Part shown: one piece after another, positions 1 to 9,402 of the stretch | Numbering within the stretch: position 1 is the stretch's first letter | Layout: each line of letters begins with the position of its first letter | Source of the DNA: a virus | Taxonomy: Duplodnaviria > Heunggongvirae > Uroviricota > Caudoviricetes | IMG/VR virus record: IMGVR_UViG_3300026549_001031 | Length of the DNA: 64,000 nt | Direction: 5' to 3' (one strand) | Program-made: the position numbers and the translations under genes | Notes under the pieces: model-generated | The model's database searches: none | Told to the model about the DNA's origin: nothing | What the model saw: the letters and a program-made list of their open reading frames with translations, nothing else

Positions 1-4
1 ACAA

Positions 5-1426
5 ATGACAGGGACAGTAATTGGAATTACATCTGAAACAAAAGGAATAAGCAGTGAGCAATTTGATGAGTTAAAGAGGTTTAGTGGTAAAAATGCAGGG
101 ATATGTTACATGAACACTAGTTATTTTGACAGTGCAGTGACAGATCCTGATAAGGCAGATAAGAGGTTTAGAGGTACAATTAAGAGTGGACATCACAGCA
201 TTTCTGATCATGCTAAAGTAGAGGTTTTATTTGAGGGAATCAGTAAAATGCTGGCTATGGCACTTAATAGTTTACAGTACTATGCAACTTCTGAAAAGAG
301 TGGGCGTTATAGTAAGATGACTGGAGACACAGATAAAGAAAGAGAGTTATATAACAAGTGGTTTGGTATTTTTGAAAAAAGGGCATTGGAAATTGAACCT
401 TACATAAATGATGCTGAACTTACAAGGAAGATAGTTAAGAAACTTGGTGCAAAAGGAGCAGGCGTAAGAGTTTGTGATGGACAACTTCAGATTAAAGACA
501 TTGATAGCAGGTCTGAAAGTGAATTAGCAATGATTAAGGAACTGCTTAACACAGCTAAAAAGAGTGAGACAGTTACGAGTAAAAAGATTGCACAGGAAAA
601 TGCAAGAATGGTCCTAAGTATATTCAGTCACAGCACTACAATGGGGTACAGCACAAGTTTAAGGCAGTGGAATTACATATATGATTGGTGTGAAAAGATC
701 ATTGGCTTTTATGATAGACTTCAGAAAGCAAATTGTGAGGTTGGAAATTTCTTTGATATGCTTGTAGCTGATATCAAGTGGCTTAGGGATTTTATTGGAG
801 AGACATTATATGTTGAAAATCTGAGGGACACTAAAGACGGATGCATTGACTTTTTAGGTTTATACTCTGGGTACAAGAATGGAAATGCAATGCATCCTGC
901 TAGATACTTTACAGATAAAGATGAGATACTTGATTATAATTACAGTACAGCATATGACTGTTCATTGGTTATACTTGGTCAGCTCGAGAGACATAGGACA
1001 ATAAAGTATCAGATCATTTCAGATGTTGAGGATGACCTTAATAATAACAGATTCTACATACCTAAAATGATCAGAGGTACAGAGTATGAAAAAGAGTGGC
1101 TTTCAGATTTAGAGAGTGTAAAAGATGTGGTACCTCAGGCAACAAAAGTTCGCGTGTTGGAAACAGGGTTACTGCCTCACTTTGCAGCTAAAGCACAGGA
1201 GAGATTGTGTGGTAGGGCACAGCTGGAGGCTATGGAGTGCACTAAAGAATTAGCAGAGAAATTCATAGATAAGTGCGAACATGGTGAAATGAGTGAGATG
1301 GGCAAGCAATATGTTTATGAGTTCATGGGGTATAATGCACAATGTCTTACTAAATGTGAGATGCAGGGAAAATGTTTAGAGGGATGCAGGTATGGTGCAG
1401 AGGATGCATTGCATAGAAGCTTATAA
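5..1426 (+). CDS. thyX: FAD-dependent thymidylate synthase (ThyX), long two-domain form
   Basis: ThyX motifs GHxS..H (SGHHSISDH), SEKSGRY, QENAR.VL and SLRQW in the N-half; second domain with QLERHR..., YIP and RLCGRAQLE. Confidence 0.85.
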   Translation: MTGTVIGITSETKGISSEQFDELKRFSGKNAGICYMNTSYFDSAVTDPDKADKRFRGTIKSGHHSISDHAKVEVLFEGISKMLAMALNSLQYYATSEKSGRYSKMTGDTDKERELYNKWFGIFEKRALEIEPYINDAELTRKIVKKLGAKGAGVRVCDGQLQIKDIDSRSESELAMIKELLNTAKKSETVTSKKIAQENARMVLSIFSHSTTMGYSTSLRQWNYIYDWCEKIIGFYDRLQKANCEVGNFFDMLVADIKWLRDFIGETLYVENLRDTKDGCIDFLGLYSGYKNGNAMHPARYFTDKDEILDYNYSTAYDCSLVILGQLERHRTIKYQIISDVEDDLNNNRFYIPKMIRGTEYEKEWLSDLESVKDVVPQATKVRVLETGLLPHFAAKAQERLCGRAQLEAMECTKELAEKFIDKCEHGEMSEMGKQYVYEFMGYNAQCLTKCEMQGKCLEGCRYGAEDALHRSL

Positions 1427-1513
1427 CAGTGGTAATAAATAAGACATGAAGTAAAAAGCAATACATATAAGAAATCAGCTATAGACATAGGGTTAAATAA
1501 ACTTGGTTTATAG

Positions 1514-1542
1514 TTGATTTTTTCAATTTTATCTGATATAAT
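1514..1542 (+). promoter_or_regulatory. sigmaA-type promoter
   Basis: TTGATT-17 nt-TATAAT with extended -10 TG; near-identical copy at 25644. Confidence 0.75.
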
Positions 1543-1591
1543 AAATATATGAGTTGAGAAACAATAATACTTAAGATTGAGAGGAAAAGAC

Positions 1592-2068
1592 ATGGAAAAA
1601 GTAGAAACTACAGTTGTAAATGAAAAAGAGCCAAAGGTTGTCGAGGATCAGACAGGGGCTAAAGAGATGGTTACAGTCTATTTTGGTAGAAACAGACGTG
1701 ATGTTTGGAAAGCATCTCTTGATAGATCAAAGGTATGCAAGATGGCTGACTTTGATTCCGTAGAGGTAGAAAAAGATCAGCTTCATAACAACAAGATGTA
1801 CATGGTTACAGTTTATAGCGGCTGTGATTACAGTGATTGTGGCATTGTTAATGTCAGTGGGCATACATCACTGTATGCATCTGTAAACAAGGCTAAACAT
1901 AGTGATATGTGGAAAGAGGCAATGGCAGAGTACAAGAAGGCTCCTAAGAATTTTCATAAGACAGATATCTCAATTGCATCTGATGATGAGGGTAAGCCAT
2001 TTACTTTTGGAGATGCAATGCAGGGTATGTTTTCAATGAAGATCATTGGTGTTAGAGTATCAGAGTAA
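1592..2068 (+). CDS. hypothetical protein
   Basis: ORF with ATG after GAGAGG RBS, downstream of promoter. Confidence 0.7.
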   Translation: MEKVETTVVNEKEPKVVEDQTGAKEMVTVYFGRNRRDVWKASLDRSKVCKMADFDSVEVEKDQLHNNKMYMVTVYSGCDYSDCGIVNVSGHTSLYASVNKAKHSDMWKEAMAEYKKAPKNFHKTDISIASDDEGKPFTFGDAMQGMFSMKIIGVRVSE

Positions 2069-2079
2069 GGAGGCTGAAC

Positions 2080-3525
2080 ATGAATAAGTATTGTTTAATC
2101 TGTCAGAAAGATATTACAGACAAGGAGATCAAGAAGCCTGGTGACATTGTAATGGTGTCATCAATGGGATTGGGGAATGCACCAGCAAATTTGGTAATGC
2201 CTTGTCATACTAAATGTTTAAGTGAAATGACTGACATTGATTTCAATGAAGAGTACAGAAATTATATGAAAGCAGTCGTGTCAGGAAAGGCTGGTCATCA
2301 GGATCCTGTAGGCTACGAGCATATCACATGCGAAGTAGAGGTCAAGAGTGAGCGTGGAGAGAACTTTGGTACAGTGAGATTACCTGTAGTAGACGTTTCA
2401 GGTTTATTGGAGATGCAAGAGGTAGAGGAGACTGCAGCATCAGAAAATACAGATGATACAGAGGGAAAAATCAACTGGGCAGAAAAAATTCATCTGCTCA
2501 AGCCTATTGAAATGAAGAGAGAACTTGACAAATATGTGATCGGGCAGGATGATGCTAAAAAGGTAATCTGTACAGCAGTTTACAATCATCTGTTACCATT
2601 AGTAAAAACAGGCAGTCATATGGATATTCAGAAGAGTAATGTTTTACTGATTGGACCTAGTGGTTGTGGCAAGACAGAAATTGCTAGGACAATGGCAAAA
2701 ATTTTGGATGTACCTTTCTGTATTTGTGACGCAACTTCAGTAACAGAAGCAGGTTACGTTGGTGATGATGTTGAGAACATGTTGTTAAGACTGTATCATG
2801 CAGCTGATTGTGATCTCAAACTTGCTGAACATGGTATTGTTTACATCGACGAGATTGATAAAATCGCTCGTAAGGGAGAGAATCCATCACTTACAAGAGA
2901 TGTGTCAGGTGAGGGAGTACAGCAGGCATTGTTGAAAATGTTGGAAGGATCTAAAGTTGATGTACCTTTGACAGGTGGAAGAAAGCACCCTCAGTCAGGA
3001 AATAGAGTGACCATTGATACAACTAACATCTTGTTTATTTGTGGTGGTGCATTTGAAACAATCACTGGTGATAACAAAAAGACACAGACAATTGGCTTTG
3101 GAGACACTCAGGAAGAGGAGACAAATCTGTTTAAGGATGATGTTGCATTAGTAAAGGAACTTACTAAAGCAGGTATGTTAAAAGAGATCATTGGTAGATT
3201 ACCTCTGCGTGTAAAAATGGAGGGAATGACATTGGATATTCTCAAGAGAATCCTTGTGGAGCCAGTGAACAGCCTTATCAAGCAGAAACAAAAGACAATG
3301 GGGTTATATGATGTAGACCTTGAGTTTGAGGATTGTGCCATTGAACTTATTGCTAAAAAGGCATTAGATACTGGTTTAGGTGCACGAGCACTGGAGTCAG
3401 TCATTCAGAGATTCATGGAGGACATTTTGTTTAATGCTCCTTCAGAGGAAAATCTTGTGGGCATTACAGTTACAGTTGAGAACAATGAACTTAAGGCAGT
3501 TGAGCATATGAAAAAAGCAGCTTAA
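2080..3525 (+). CDS. clpX: ATP-dependent Clp protease ATPase subunit ClpX with divergent N-terminal domain
   Basis: [67 protein letters not shown] loop, GARAL. Confidence 0.95.
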   Translation: MNKYCLICQKDITDKEIKKPGDIVMVSSMGLGNAPANLVMPCHTKCLSEMTDIDFNEEYRNYMKAVVSGKAGHQDPVGYEHITCEVEVKSERGENFGTVRLPVVDVSGLLEMQEVEETAASENTDDTEGKINWAEKIHLLKPIEMKRELDKYVIGQDDAKKVICTAVYNHLLPLVKTGSHMDIQKSNVLLIGPSGCGKTEIARTMAKILDVPFCICDATSVTEAGYVGDDVENMLLRLYHAADCDLKLAEHGIVYIDEIDKIARKGENPSLTRDVSGEGVQQALLKMLEGSKVDVPLTGGRKHPQSGNRVTIDTTNILFICGGAFETITGDNKKTQTIGFGDTQEEETNLFKDDVALVKELTKAGMLKEIIGRLPLRVKMEGMTLDILKRILVEPVNSLIKQKQKTMGLYDVDLEFEDCAIELIAKKALDTGLGARALESVIQRFMEDILFNAPSEENLVGITVTVENNELKAVEHMKKAA

Positions 3526-3552
3526 GGCATATAAAAATAGGAGGTACATAGG

Positions 3553-3726
3553 ATGTCTCATATGGGATCTGGAAATAACTTAATGCAACCTTCAGGTCAG
3601 TGCTTTGGTTGCAAATATTGGGTGCAGGCTCATAGAGATATGTTCATGGGTGTTTCAGGGCACTGCACTTTAAGTTATTGTAAGAAAAACAGTATACATA
3701 ATAGAAAGAGGGGTAAGCATAAATGA
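3553..3726 (+). CDS. small Cys-rich protein (57 aa), absent from ORF track
   Basis: GGAGG RBS; MSHMGSGNNLMQPSGQCFGCKYW...GHCTLSYCKK; ATGA overlap with the next gene. Confidence 0.6.
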   Translation: MSHMGSGNNLMQPSGQCFGCKYWVQAHRDMFMGVSGHCTLSYCKKNSIHNRKRGKHK

Positions 3727-4082
3727 GAGTAAGAGTTACAGACGAATTAGTAGTAGAAGTTAAAAGGACACACATTGGTGTTGTGTCAGTGCTTGGTGCA
3801 GAGGTAGTTGATCTTCTGGCAAAGAAGTTGGGCTTAACAGATGTGTCAGAACAGCGTGATCTGTTTAATAAGGGTAACATCTTAACATTCAGGTCCTTGG
3901 ATGATGAGATTGCAGAGGTTGTAATTGTTGATGCATCAAAAGATGAGTTAATCAGACTTATCGAAACAATTACAGAGCAGGATTACCTTGATTGCAGACA
4001 GTTAACAGAGCAGCATAAGTGTGCAGTGATCACTGAAAAAGAGTTAAGTAAGGCACTTGCAATTAATGCAAGCATTAAATAA
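3723..4082 (+). CDS. hypothetical protein
   Basis: ORF translationally coupled within the clpX-clpP operon. Confidence 0.7.
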   Translation: MRVRVTDELVVEVKRTHIGVVSVLGAEVVDLLAKKLGLTDVSEQRDLFNKGNILTFRSLDDEIAEVVIVDASKDELIRLIETITEQDYLDCRQLTEQHKCAVITEKELSKALAINASIK

Positions 4083-4110
4083 AAGGAAAGTAAAAAGGGA
4101 GGAAATTAAA

Positions 4111-4689
4111 ATGGCATTAATTCCATATGTAGTGGAGCAGACTTCGCAGGGGGAGAGATCATACGATATTTACAGTAGACTTCTCAAGGACAGAATCATT
4201 TTTCTTACAGGAGAGGTTACAGACGACCTTGCAAACAGCGTTTGTGCACAGCTGTTAATGTTAGATGCTCAGGATGATACAAAAGACATTAAGTTATACA
4301 TCAACTCACCTGGTGGAAGTGTAACAGCAGGTATGGCAATCTATGATACAATGCATTTGGTTAAGGCAGACGTAAGTACAGTTTGTCTAGGACTTGCAGC
4401 GAGTATGGGAGCATTTCTTCTTGCAGGCGGTGCAAAGGGTAAGAGATATGCATTACCCAATTCAGAGATCATGATTCACCAGCCCTCAGGTGGAGCAAAA
4501 GGACAGGCAACAGAAATTGAGATTGTTGCTGAAAACATCTTAAAGACAAAGAAAAAATTGAATGAGATGATTGCAGAGAACACAGGTAAGCCATATGAGC
4601 AGGTTTGTAAGGATACCGAGCGTGACAACTACATGGATGCACATGAGGCTAAAGAGTATGGACTTGTTGATTATGTGCTGTACAACTAA
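4111..4689 (+). CDS. clpP: ATP-dependent Clp protease proteolytic subunit ClpP
   Basis: [45 protein letters not shown] (catalytic Ser), MIHQP (His), ERD (Asp); ATG after GGAGG. Confidence 0.97.
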   Translation: MALIPYVVEQTSQGERSYDIYSRLLKDRIIFLTGEVTDDLANSVCAQLLMLDAQDDTKDIKLYINSPGGSVTAGMAIYDTMHLVKADVSTVCLGLAASMGAFLLAGGAKGKRYALPNSEIMIHQPSGGAKGQATEIEIVAENILKTKKKLNEMIAENTGKPYEQVCKDTERDNYMDAHEAKEYGLVDYVLYN

Positions 4690-4704
4690 AAAGAAACCAC
4701 AGGC

Positions 4705-4736
4705 AGGGCAGTGTTTATTCACTGCCCTTTTATTTT
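4705..4736 (+). terminator. intrinsic terminator
   Basis: AGGGCAGTG / CACTGCCCT stem followed by T-run. Confidence 0.75.
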
Positions 4737-4798
4737 ACAGTAAAATTATATTATTAAAATAATTTATTTTTAATTTTAAGAAAGGAATACGTGGACAA

Positions 4799-5161
4799 AT
4801 GATTAAGAACATTTTATTAGCAGATGATGCAGCTTTTATGAGGATGATGCTTAAGAACATCCTTGAGAAAGCAGGTTACACAGTGGTAGGCGAGGCAACT
4901 AATGGCAGAGAGGCGATTGAGAAATATAAGGAGTTACATCCTGACCTTGTGGTTTTAGACATTACAATGCCTGAGGTTGATGGCATTCAGGGATTGAAAG
5001 GAATCATGGATTATGATAATAATGCATTAGCAATAATGTGCAGTGCAATGGGTCAACAGAGCATTGTTATTGAGGCAATACAGTCTGGTGCAAAAGATTT
5101 CATTGTAAAACCTTTTCAGGCAGATAGAATTTTGGAGTGCTTGAACAAACTCAATGTGTAG
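4799..5161 (+). CDS. cheY: stand-alone response regulator, Firmicutes CheY type
   Basis: ADDAAFMRMML, LDITMP (phospho-Asp), MCSAMGQQ, GAKDFIVKPFQADR; single receiver domain. Confidence 0.9.
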   Translation: MIKNILLADDAAFMRMMLKNILEKAGYTVVGEATNGREAIEKYKELHPDLVVLDITMPEVDGIQGLKGIMDYDNNALAIMCSAMGQQSIVIEAIQSGAKDFIVKPFQADRILECLNKLNV

Positions 5162-5261
5162 TTGTAAGGTAATGGGGTGTAGCATAGGGGGTTAAAAAGA
5201 TAGCAGAGAGATACAAAATTTCTAGCATATATTAAAATTGAAGTATGGAGGAAATAAAAGA

Positions 5262-5438
5262 ATGAACATTGAGGAATTATCAGTAAACATTAGTACAAAT
5301 AAGGTTAAGGCAGACTGGGGTATTGGAGTCATTAAGAAAACATTTAGTGATATGGAGAATTTAGGGGCTAGACAGGCTGAAATGATTACAGAAGCATCAG
5401 TAAATGGAATTGGACAGAACATTGATATCATGGTTTAA
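5262..5438 (+). CDS. YjfB-family putative motility protein
   Basis: 58 aa, MNIEELSV.IS...V....GIGVIKK..SD...GIGQNIDI pattern recalled for the YjfB family. Confidence 0.6.
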   Translation: MNIEELSVNISTNKVKADWGIGVIKKTFSDMENLGARQAEMITEASVNGIGQNIDIMV

Positions 5439-5500
5439 TTGAAATAGATAAATAAATTGGATAAGTAGGACAGTTAAAATAGCTGATTGGAGCATCTGAT

Positions 5501-5836
5501 ATGGAATACAACAAGTTGGTAAGAGATAAAATACCAGAGATAATAATGGATGAACATGGGGAAAATAGTATTGACATAAAGGAATTAAAAGATAAGCGTG
5601 ACATATTGGTTTATTCACTTAACAAGTTAATCGAAGAGGCATATGAATTAAAGGATGCAGTAATGAACGATGCATCTGATAGTTTAGAAGAACTTGCAGA
5701 TGTGATATGTGCACTTAAGAAAGTACAGAAAGAACTTGGATATACAGATGAAAATGTTGGGGCAGCATGTAAAATTAAGACAGCTAACAAGGGTGGATTT
5801 GAGAATAACTTTGTATTAAAAGAAGTTAGGACATAG
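5501..5836 (+). CDS. MazG-like / phosphoribosyl-ATP pyrophosphohydrolase-family NTP pyrophosphatase
   Basis: YNKLVRDKIPEII, KLIEEAYE, LEELADV, KGGF. Confidence 0.85.
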   Translation: MEYNKLVRDKIPEIIMDEHGENSIDIKELKDKRDILVYSLNKLIEEAYELKDAVMNDASDSLEELADVICALKKVQKELGYTDENVGAACKIKTANKGGFENNFVLKEVRT

Positions 5837-5853
5837 GGGAGAGAAAAACAGGC

Positions 5854-6450
5854 ATGAGATTATATAATGTAAACTTTGATACAAATGATAAGACAGTGAT
5901 GTTAAGACCTAGGATACCTGAATCAGCTGGTGAGGGAGAAAATAAGACAATAGCAAGAATATGTTTAGCAGACTCAATTGAGCATTGTATGCAAGCAATA
6001 GCAGTAGGAAATAGGGATATACGCGTAGGAGCAGAATTTGTTGTGCATATGGTTGATACATCAAGTTTGCAGGTAGGCAGTCTAATTACACCTGAAAGGC
6101 TTGTGCAAAGAGGTTTAGTACCTGACGCTTTAGAGAATAATGAGTATTGGTACTTGTCACCTGTATTATCTAACAGGGGTGTGTTCAGGATAGAAAACTT
6201 TGATGCAGAGATATGTTTAGCTTGGACTTGTATAGAAATTGAAGATTGCAGGAGAATTGTAAGTAAATACTTACCTGATTTTCATGTTAACAGATATAGA
6301 AATTCACGTAACTTATATGAGGCAGCAATGGCAGTTTGTAATGAAAAACACCTATGGGATATAGAGGATGCAATATGGGATGAATTAGCAGAATTACCTT
6401 GGGCACAGAAAAGAGAGCTAAAGCATGTAGTAGCAAAGAAGTTACTCTAG
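5854..6450 (+). CDS. conserved phage-type protein, possible ADP-ribosyltransferase-like fold
   Basis: LY.V...L.PRIP...E..T..RICLA.SI..C..AI...VPDA....EYW; fold assignment is inference. Confidence 0.45.
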   Translation: MRLYNVNFDTNDKTVMLRPRIPESAGEGENKTIARICLADSIEHCMQAIAVGNRDIRVGAEFVVHMVDTSSLQVGSLITPERLVQRGLVPDALENNEYWYLSPVLSNRGVFRIENFDAEICLAWTCIEIEDCRRIVSKYLPDFHVNRYRNSRNLYEAAMAVCNEKHLWDIEDAIWDELAELPWAQKRELKHVVAKKLL

Positions 6451-6466
6451 TGAGGAGGAAGCAAGC

Positions 6467-7201
6467 ATGAAAAATAGAAGAATTAACAGAGGCAAGTATG
6501 ATGAATTACTTAGAAAATTGGAAATAATCCATGATGGTAATAAAGTTATAGCAGTTAAAAAGAATAAGAGATTATCACAAGACATGATAGACATATATGT
6601 AGTATTAGAGACAGTAATGATAGAACAGGTATTGTCAGATGGAGGCATTTCACAAGAAGATGCAGAATATCTAAAACAAACATTGAATGATAGAAGGGTC
6701 ATGCACAGTATGTTGGCAGATGGTTGGAAGAGTGAGTACACAGAATATTATAACAGGGCACTTGGTGCCTATTTTGGACATGATACAGGATGGAATAGGC
6801 AAAACAGTCTAACAATGTTTAGTAACACTAAGCCTGTGTCTTCAAGTCTTACATCAAGTCATTCTTCTTTAGAAACAGGGAAGTACTCAGCTGCAAACAA
6901 TGAGTTGCATCTGGGCTTAGGATCTTGCTTCTTTACTACAGATAATAAAGAACAAACAACAGAGGATAGTAGTGAGTTCACACAGGAGGAAATTCATGAG
7001 TACTTAGACGCAGAAGCAAAAGCCATTGAGTGTTTATGTAAAGGCATTGAAATTCCTGAGGATTTAAGAGAATTTCTATTAAAAACCATTGATAGAAGAG
7101 ATAGACTTAGAGACTTGATGATGTCAGGTCAAATTAAATTAGATACAAAGGATGAAGAGGTAGACACAGAGAAATTGTTTGATGACATATTTAATGCATA
7201 G
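6467..7201 (+). CDS. hypothetical protein with C-terminal YxxAExxA...IP...L..T..R module
   Basis: ORF with GAGGAGG RBS; module shared with 7237 and 8213. Confidence 0.7.
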   Translation: MKNRRINRGKYDELLRKLEIIHDGNKVIAVKKNKRLSQDMIDIYVVLETVMIEQVLSDGGISQEDAEYLKQTLNDRRVMHSMLADGWKSEYTEYYNRALGAYFGHDTGWNRQNSLTMFSNTKPVSSSLTSSHSSLETGKYSAANNELHLGLGSCFFTTDNKEQTTEDSSEFTQEEIHEYLDAEAKAIECLCKGIEIPEDLREFLLKTIDRRDRLRDLMMSGQIKLDTKDEEVDTEKLFDDIFNA

Positions 7202-7236
7202 GTTTATTAGTGAGAATATAAAGGAGGAACAATACT

Positions 7237-7674
7237 ATGAGAAAGACAGCATGGGGATTTGGTAATGAGTCATTCAAATCTACAATAGTAAAGAGACCAG
7301 ATAAGGAAGAGCAGGAAAGATTATATCAGCGTGATAAAGAAAGATGGACACTTGAGGATTTAGGAGTGCTACCTAAGATTTTTGATTATATGTATGGAGG
7401 GAGTGATACAGTAATGGAAAACAACGACACTTCAAATATTTATAACTTAGCACCTAATGATGTGCACAAATATGTGTTAGCAGAAATAAAAGCACTTGAG
7501 TACACAGCTAGGCATGAAGAAATACCTGCTGATGTAGTAAATTACTTAAAAAGTACATTATCAGAAAGAGAACAAATGCATAATCAAATAGATGCAGGTA
7601 CACTTAAGTTAACAGAGGAGGACAATAGAGCATTTGATGAAGCTATGGAGAAATATAAGAAACGCTATAAATAA
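7237..7674 (+). CDS. hypothetical protein (same module as 6467/8213)
   Basis: ORF with GGAGG RBS; KYVLAEIKALEY...EIPADVVNYLKSTLSER. Confidence 0.7.
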   Translation: MRKTAWGFGNESFKSTIVKRPDKEEQERLYQRDKERWTLEDLGVLPKIFDYMYGGSDTVMENNDTSNIYNLAPNDVHKYVLAEIKALEYTARHEEIPADVVNYLKSTLSEREQMHNQIDAGTLKLTEEDNRAFDEAMEKYKKRYK

Positions 7675-8209
7675 GAGGAAGGACATACCATATTTTTATA
7701 ACAATACAGTCGCAAATAGGGCAATAAATAAGGCAGCAAATAAAATACCTCTTGGAACTGGGTATGAAAGCATGGTATTATTAGATAATAGCACACTAGA
7801 GATATATGGACCTTGTTCAAATGGAAAGTCAGATGTAGTTACATTTTCAGATGAGATGAAGTCATTAATAACAAAAAAGAATACTGGTAAGTATTATACT
7901 GTTATACATAATCACCCTAAAGGTGGGGCATTTTCATTGCAAGATATCATAGTATTCATAAGTTATAAAGCACTAAGTTTGAGTATTGTAATAGAGGAAG
8001 ATTACAGGCATGGAGAAATCAGATACTATGCATTATTAAAAAGAGATGTGAATCCAGATTTTGTTGATAATTTCATAGAAAAAGTATTAGATGTATGTAG
8101 GACTGATAGTAAAATGAGACACAAATCTTACAGATTTTTGCTTGAGGAGTTCAATGTTACATTTGAAGAGTTGGGGTTAGCTGCACAAGAGTTTATAAGG
8201 GAGGTATAG
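7634..8209 (+). CDS. JAB/MPN-like metalloenzyme domain protein
   Basis: upstream E in GYESMVLLD plus IHNHPKGGAFSLQD (HxH-x7-S-x2-D type). Confidence 0.6.
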   Translation: MMKLWRNIRNAINKRKDIPYFYNNTVANRAINKAANKIPLGTGYESMVLLDNSTLEIYGPCSNGKSDVVTFSDEMKSLITKKNTGKYYTVIHNHPKGGAFSLQDIIVFISYKALSLSIVIEEDYRHGEIRYYALLKRDVNPDFVDNFIEKVLDVCRTDSKMRHKSYRFLLEEFNVTFEELGLAAQEFIREV

Positions 8210-8212
8210 AGT

Positions 8213-8686
8213 ATGAGTATTACAAAATTAAACACAATCATGGATGAAATGAAGAGACTTGGTATAGGAGGATGTAATGCATATGAATCAGGCTCAGGAG
8301 TTAAGACACATAGACCTGATGATGATACAATAGCAAAATATGTTGATGCAGAGGCTACTGCTTGTATCTACATTGAGAGAGGAGAGGCAATACCTACTAA
8401 AACAGAGCAATACTTATTGGAAACATTGTCAGACAGAGCAGATTGGCATAGAGGCATGATTAGTGGATTTGCAGACCCTGTTAAGAAAAGCAAAGACAGT
8501 GAGTTTTGTTTGTATGGCATTTTTGATGAGGATAAGGGCAGATTGGTATCTAACCTTACAAATCCTAGACATAAGTATTGGGATAATAAGAAGAGTGCAG
8601 ATAGTACATTATCGAGAGCACTAATGAGGGATAAAGACAGAAAATTAAAAGTGGTAACCATTAGGTGCAAAATAGAGGATGAATAA
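8213..8686 (+). CDS. hypothetical protein (same module as 6467/7237)
   Basis: KYVDAEATACIY...AIPTKTEQYLLETLSDR. Confidence 0.7.
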   Translation: MSITKLNTIMDEMKRLGIGGCNAYESGSGVKTHRPDDDTIAKYVDAEATACIYIERGEAIPTKTEQYLLETLSDRADWHRGMISGFADPVKKSKDSEFCLYGIFDEDKGRLVSNLTNPRHKYWDNKKSADSTLSRALMRDKDRKLKVVTIRCKIEDE

Positions 8687-8690
8687 ATTA

Positions 8691-8719
8691 TTGACAGAAT
8701 AAAATTTTTCTGTTATAAT
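8691..8719 (+). promoter_or_regulatory. consensus sigmaA promoter
   Basis: TTGACA-17 nt-TATAAT with TG extension; overlapping inverted repeat ACAGAA...TTCTGT. Confidence 0.85.
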
Positions 8720-8749
8720 GTAATTAAAAAGGAAGGAAAGTCAAAATCA

Positions 8750-9382
8750 ATGGGAACTGATGCAGTAGTTGTTTTAGGTGGTTCATTTAATCCTTGTACA
8801 CTAGCTCATAGGGTTATATTAGAGAGGGCTATGGATGCAGTTGGTGCAGACTTAGGGATTATAGTTCCATCATCTGATAATTATGTTAAGCATAAAATGA
8901 GTAAGAAAGACACTTGCAATATGGTTTATACTCAGGATGAAAGATATACAATGCTTGAATTATTGATTTCAGACAGTAGTAAAAATATAGTGATAGACAC
9001 TATAGAGTATGGGGATGATGGTAAGGGTCATACATACAGAACATTAAGTGCATTGGATAAAAAGTATAAAGCATCTAAAATGTATTTCATACTTGGTACA
9101 GATAATCTTGCATGGATGTGTAAGTGGAGAGACAGTGAGAAATTGTTTAGTACCTTTTACTTTGTAGTAACTGCACGTAATGGAGAACAGCCTTTGCAGG
9201 TGGTTGAAGAGAATGAGACCTTAAGCAAATATAAAGATCATTTTGTGTTTGTGGAGCAGCCTGTTGAAATTGATGGAATCAGTTCAACCTTGGTAAGAGA
9301 AAGAGTTGAGAGTCATCAGGGAGACATAGATGAACTCTTAGGAGATAAAGTCACAGAGTATATTAAAGGCTTGAACAGATAA
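8750..9382 (+). CDS. nadD: nicotinate/nicotinamide-nucleotide adenylyltransferase
   Basis: GGSFNPCTLAH, R..ML, TY.TL, FILGTDNL..M.KW, ISSTLVR. Confidence 0.85.
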   Translation: MGTDAVVVLGGSFNPCTLAHRVILERAMDAVGADLGIIVPSSDNYVKHKMSKKDTCNMVYTQDERYTMLELLISDSSKNIVIDTIEYGDDGKGHTYRTLSALDKKYKASKMYFILGTDNLAWMCKWRDSEKLFSTFYFVVTARNGEQPLQVVEENETLSKYKDHFVFVEQPVEIDGISSTLVRERVESHQGDIDELLGDKVTEYIKGLNR

Positions 9383-9402
9383 AGTTTAGGAGGACAGCTA
9401 AA

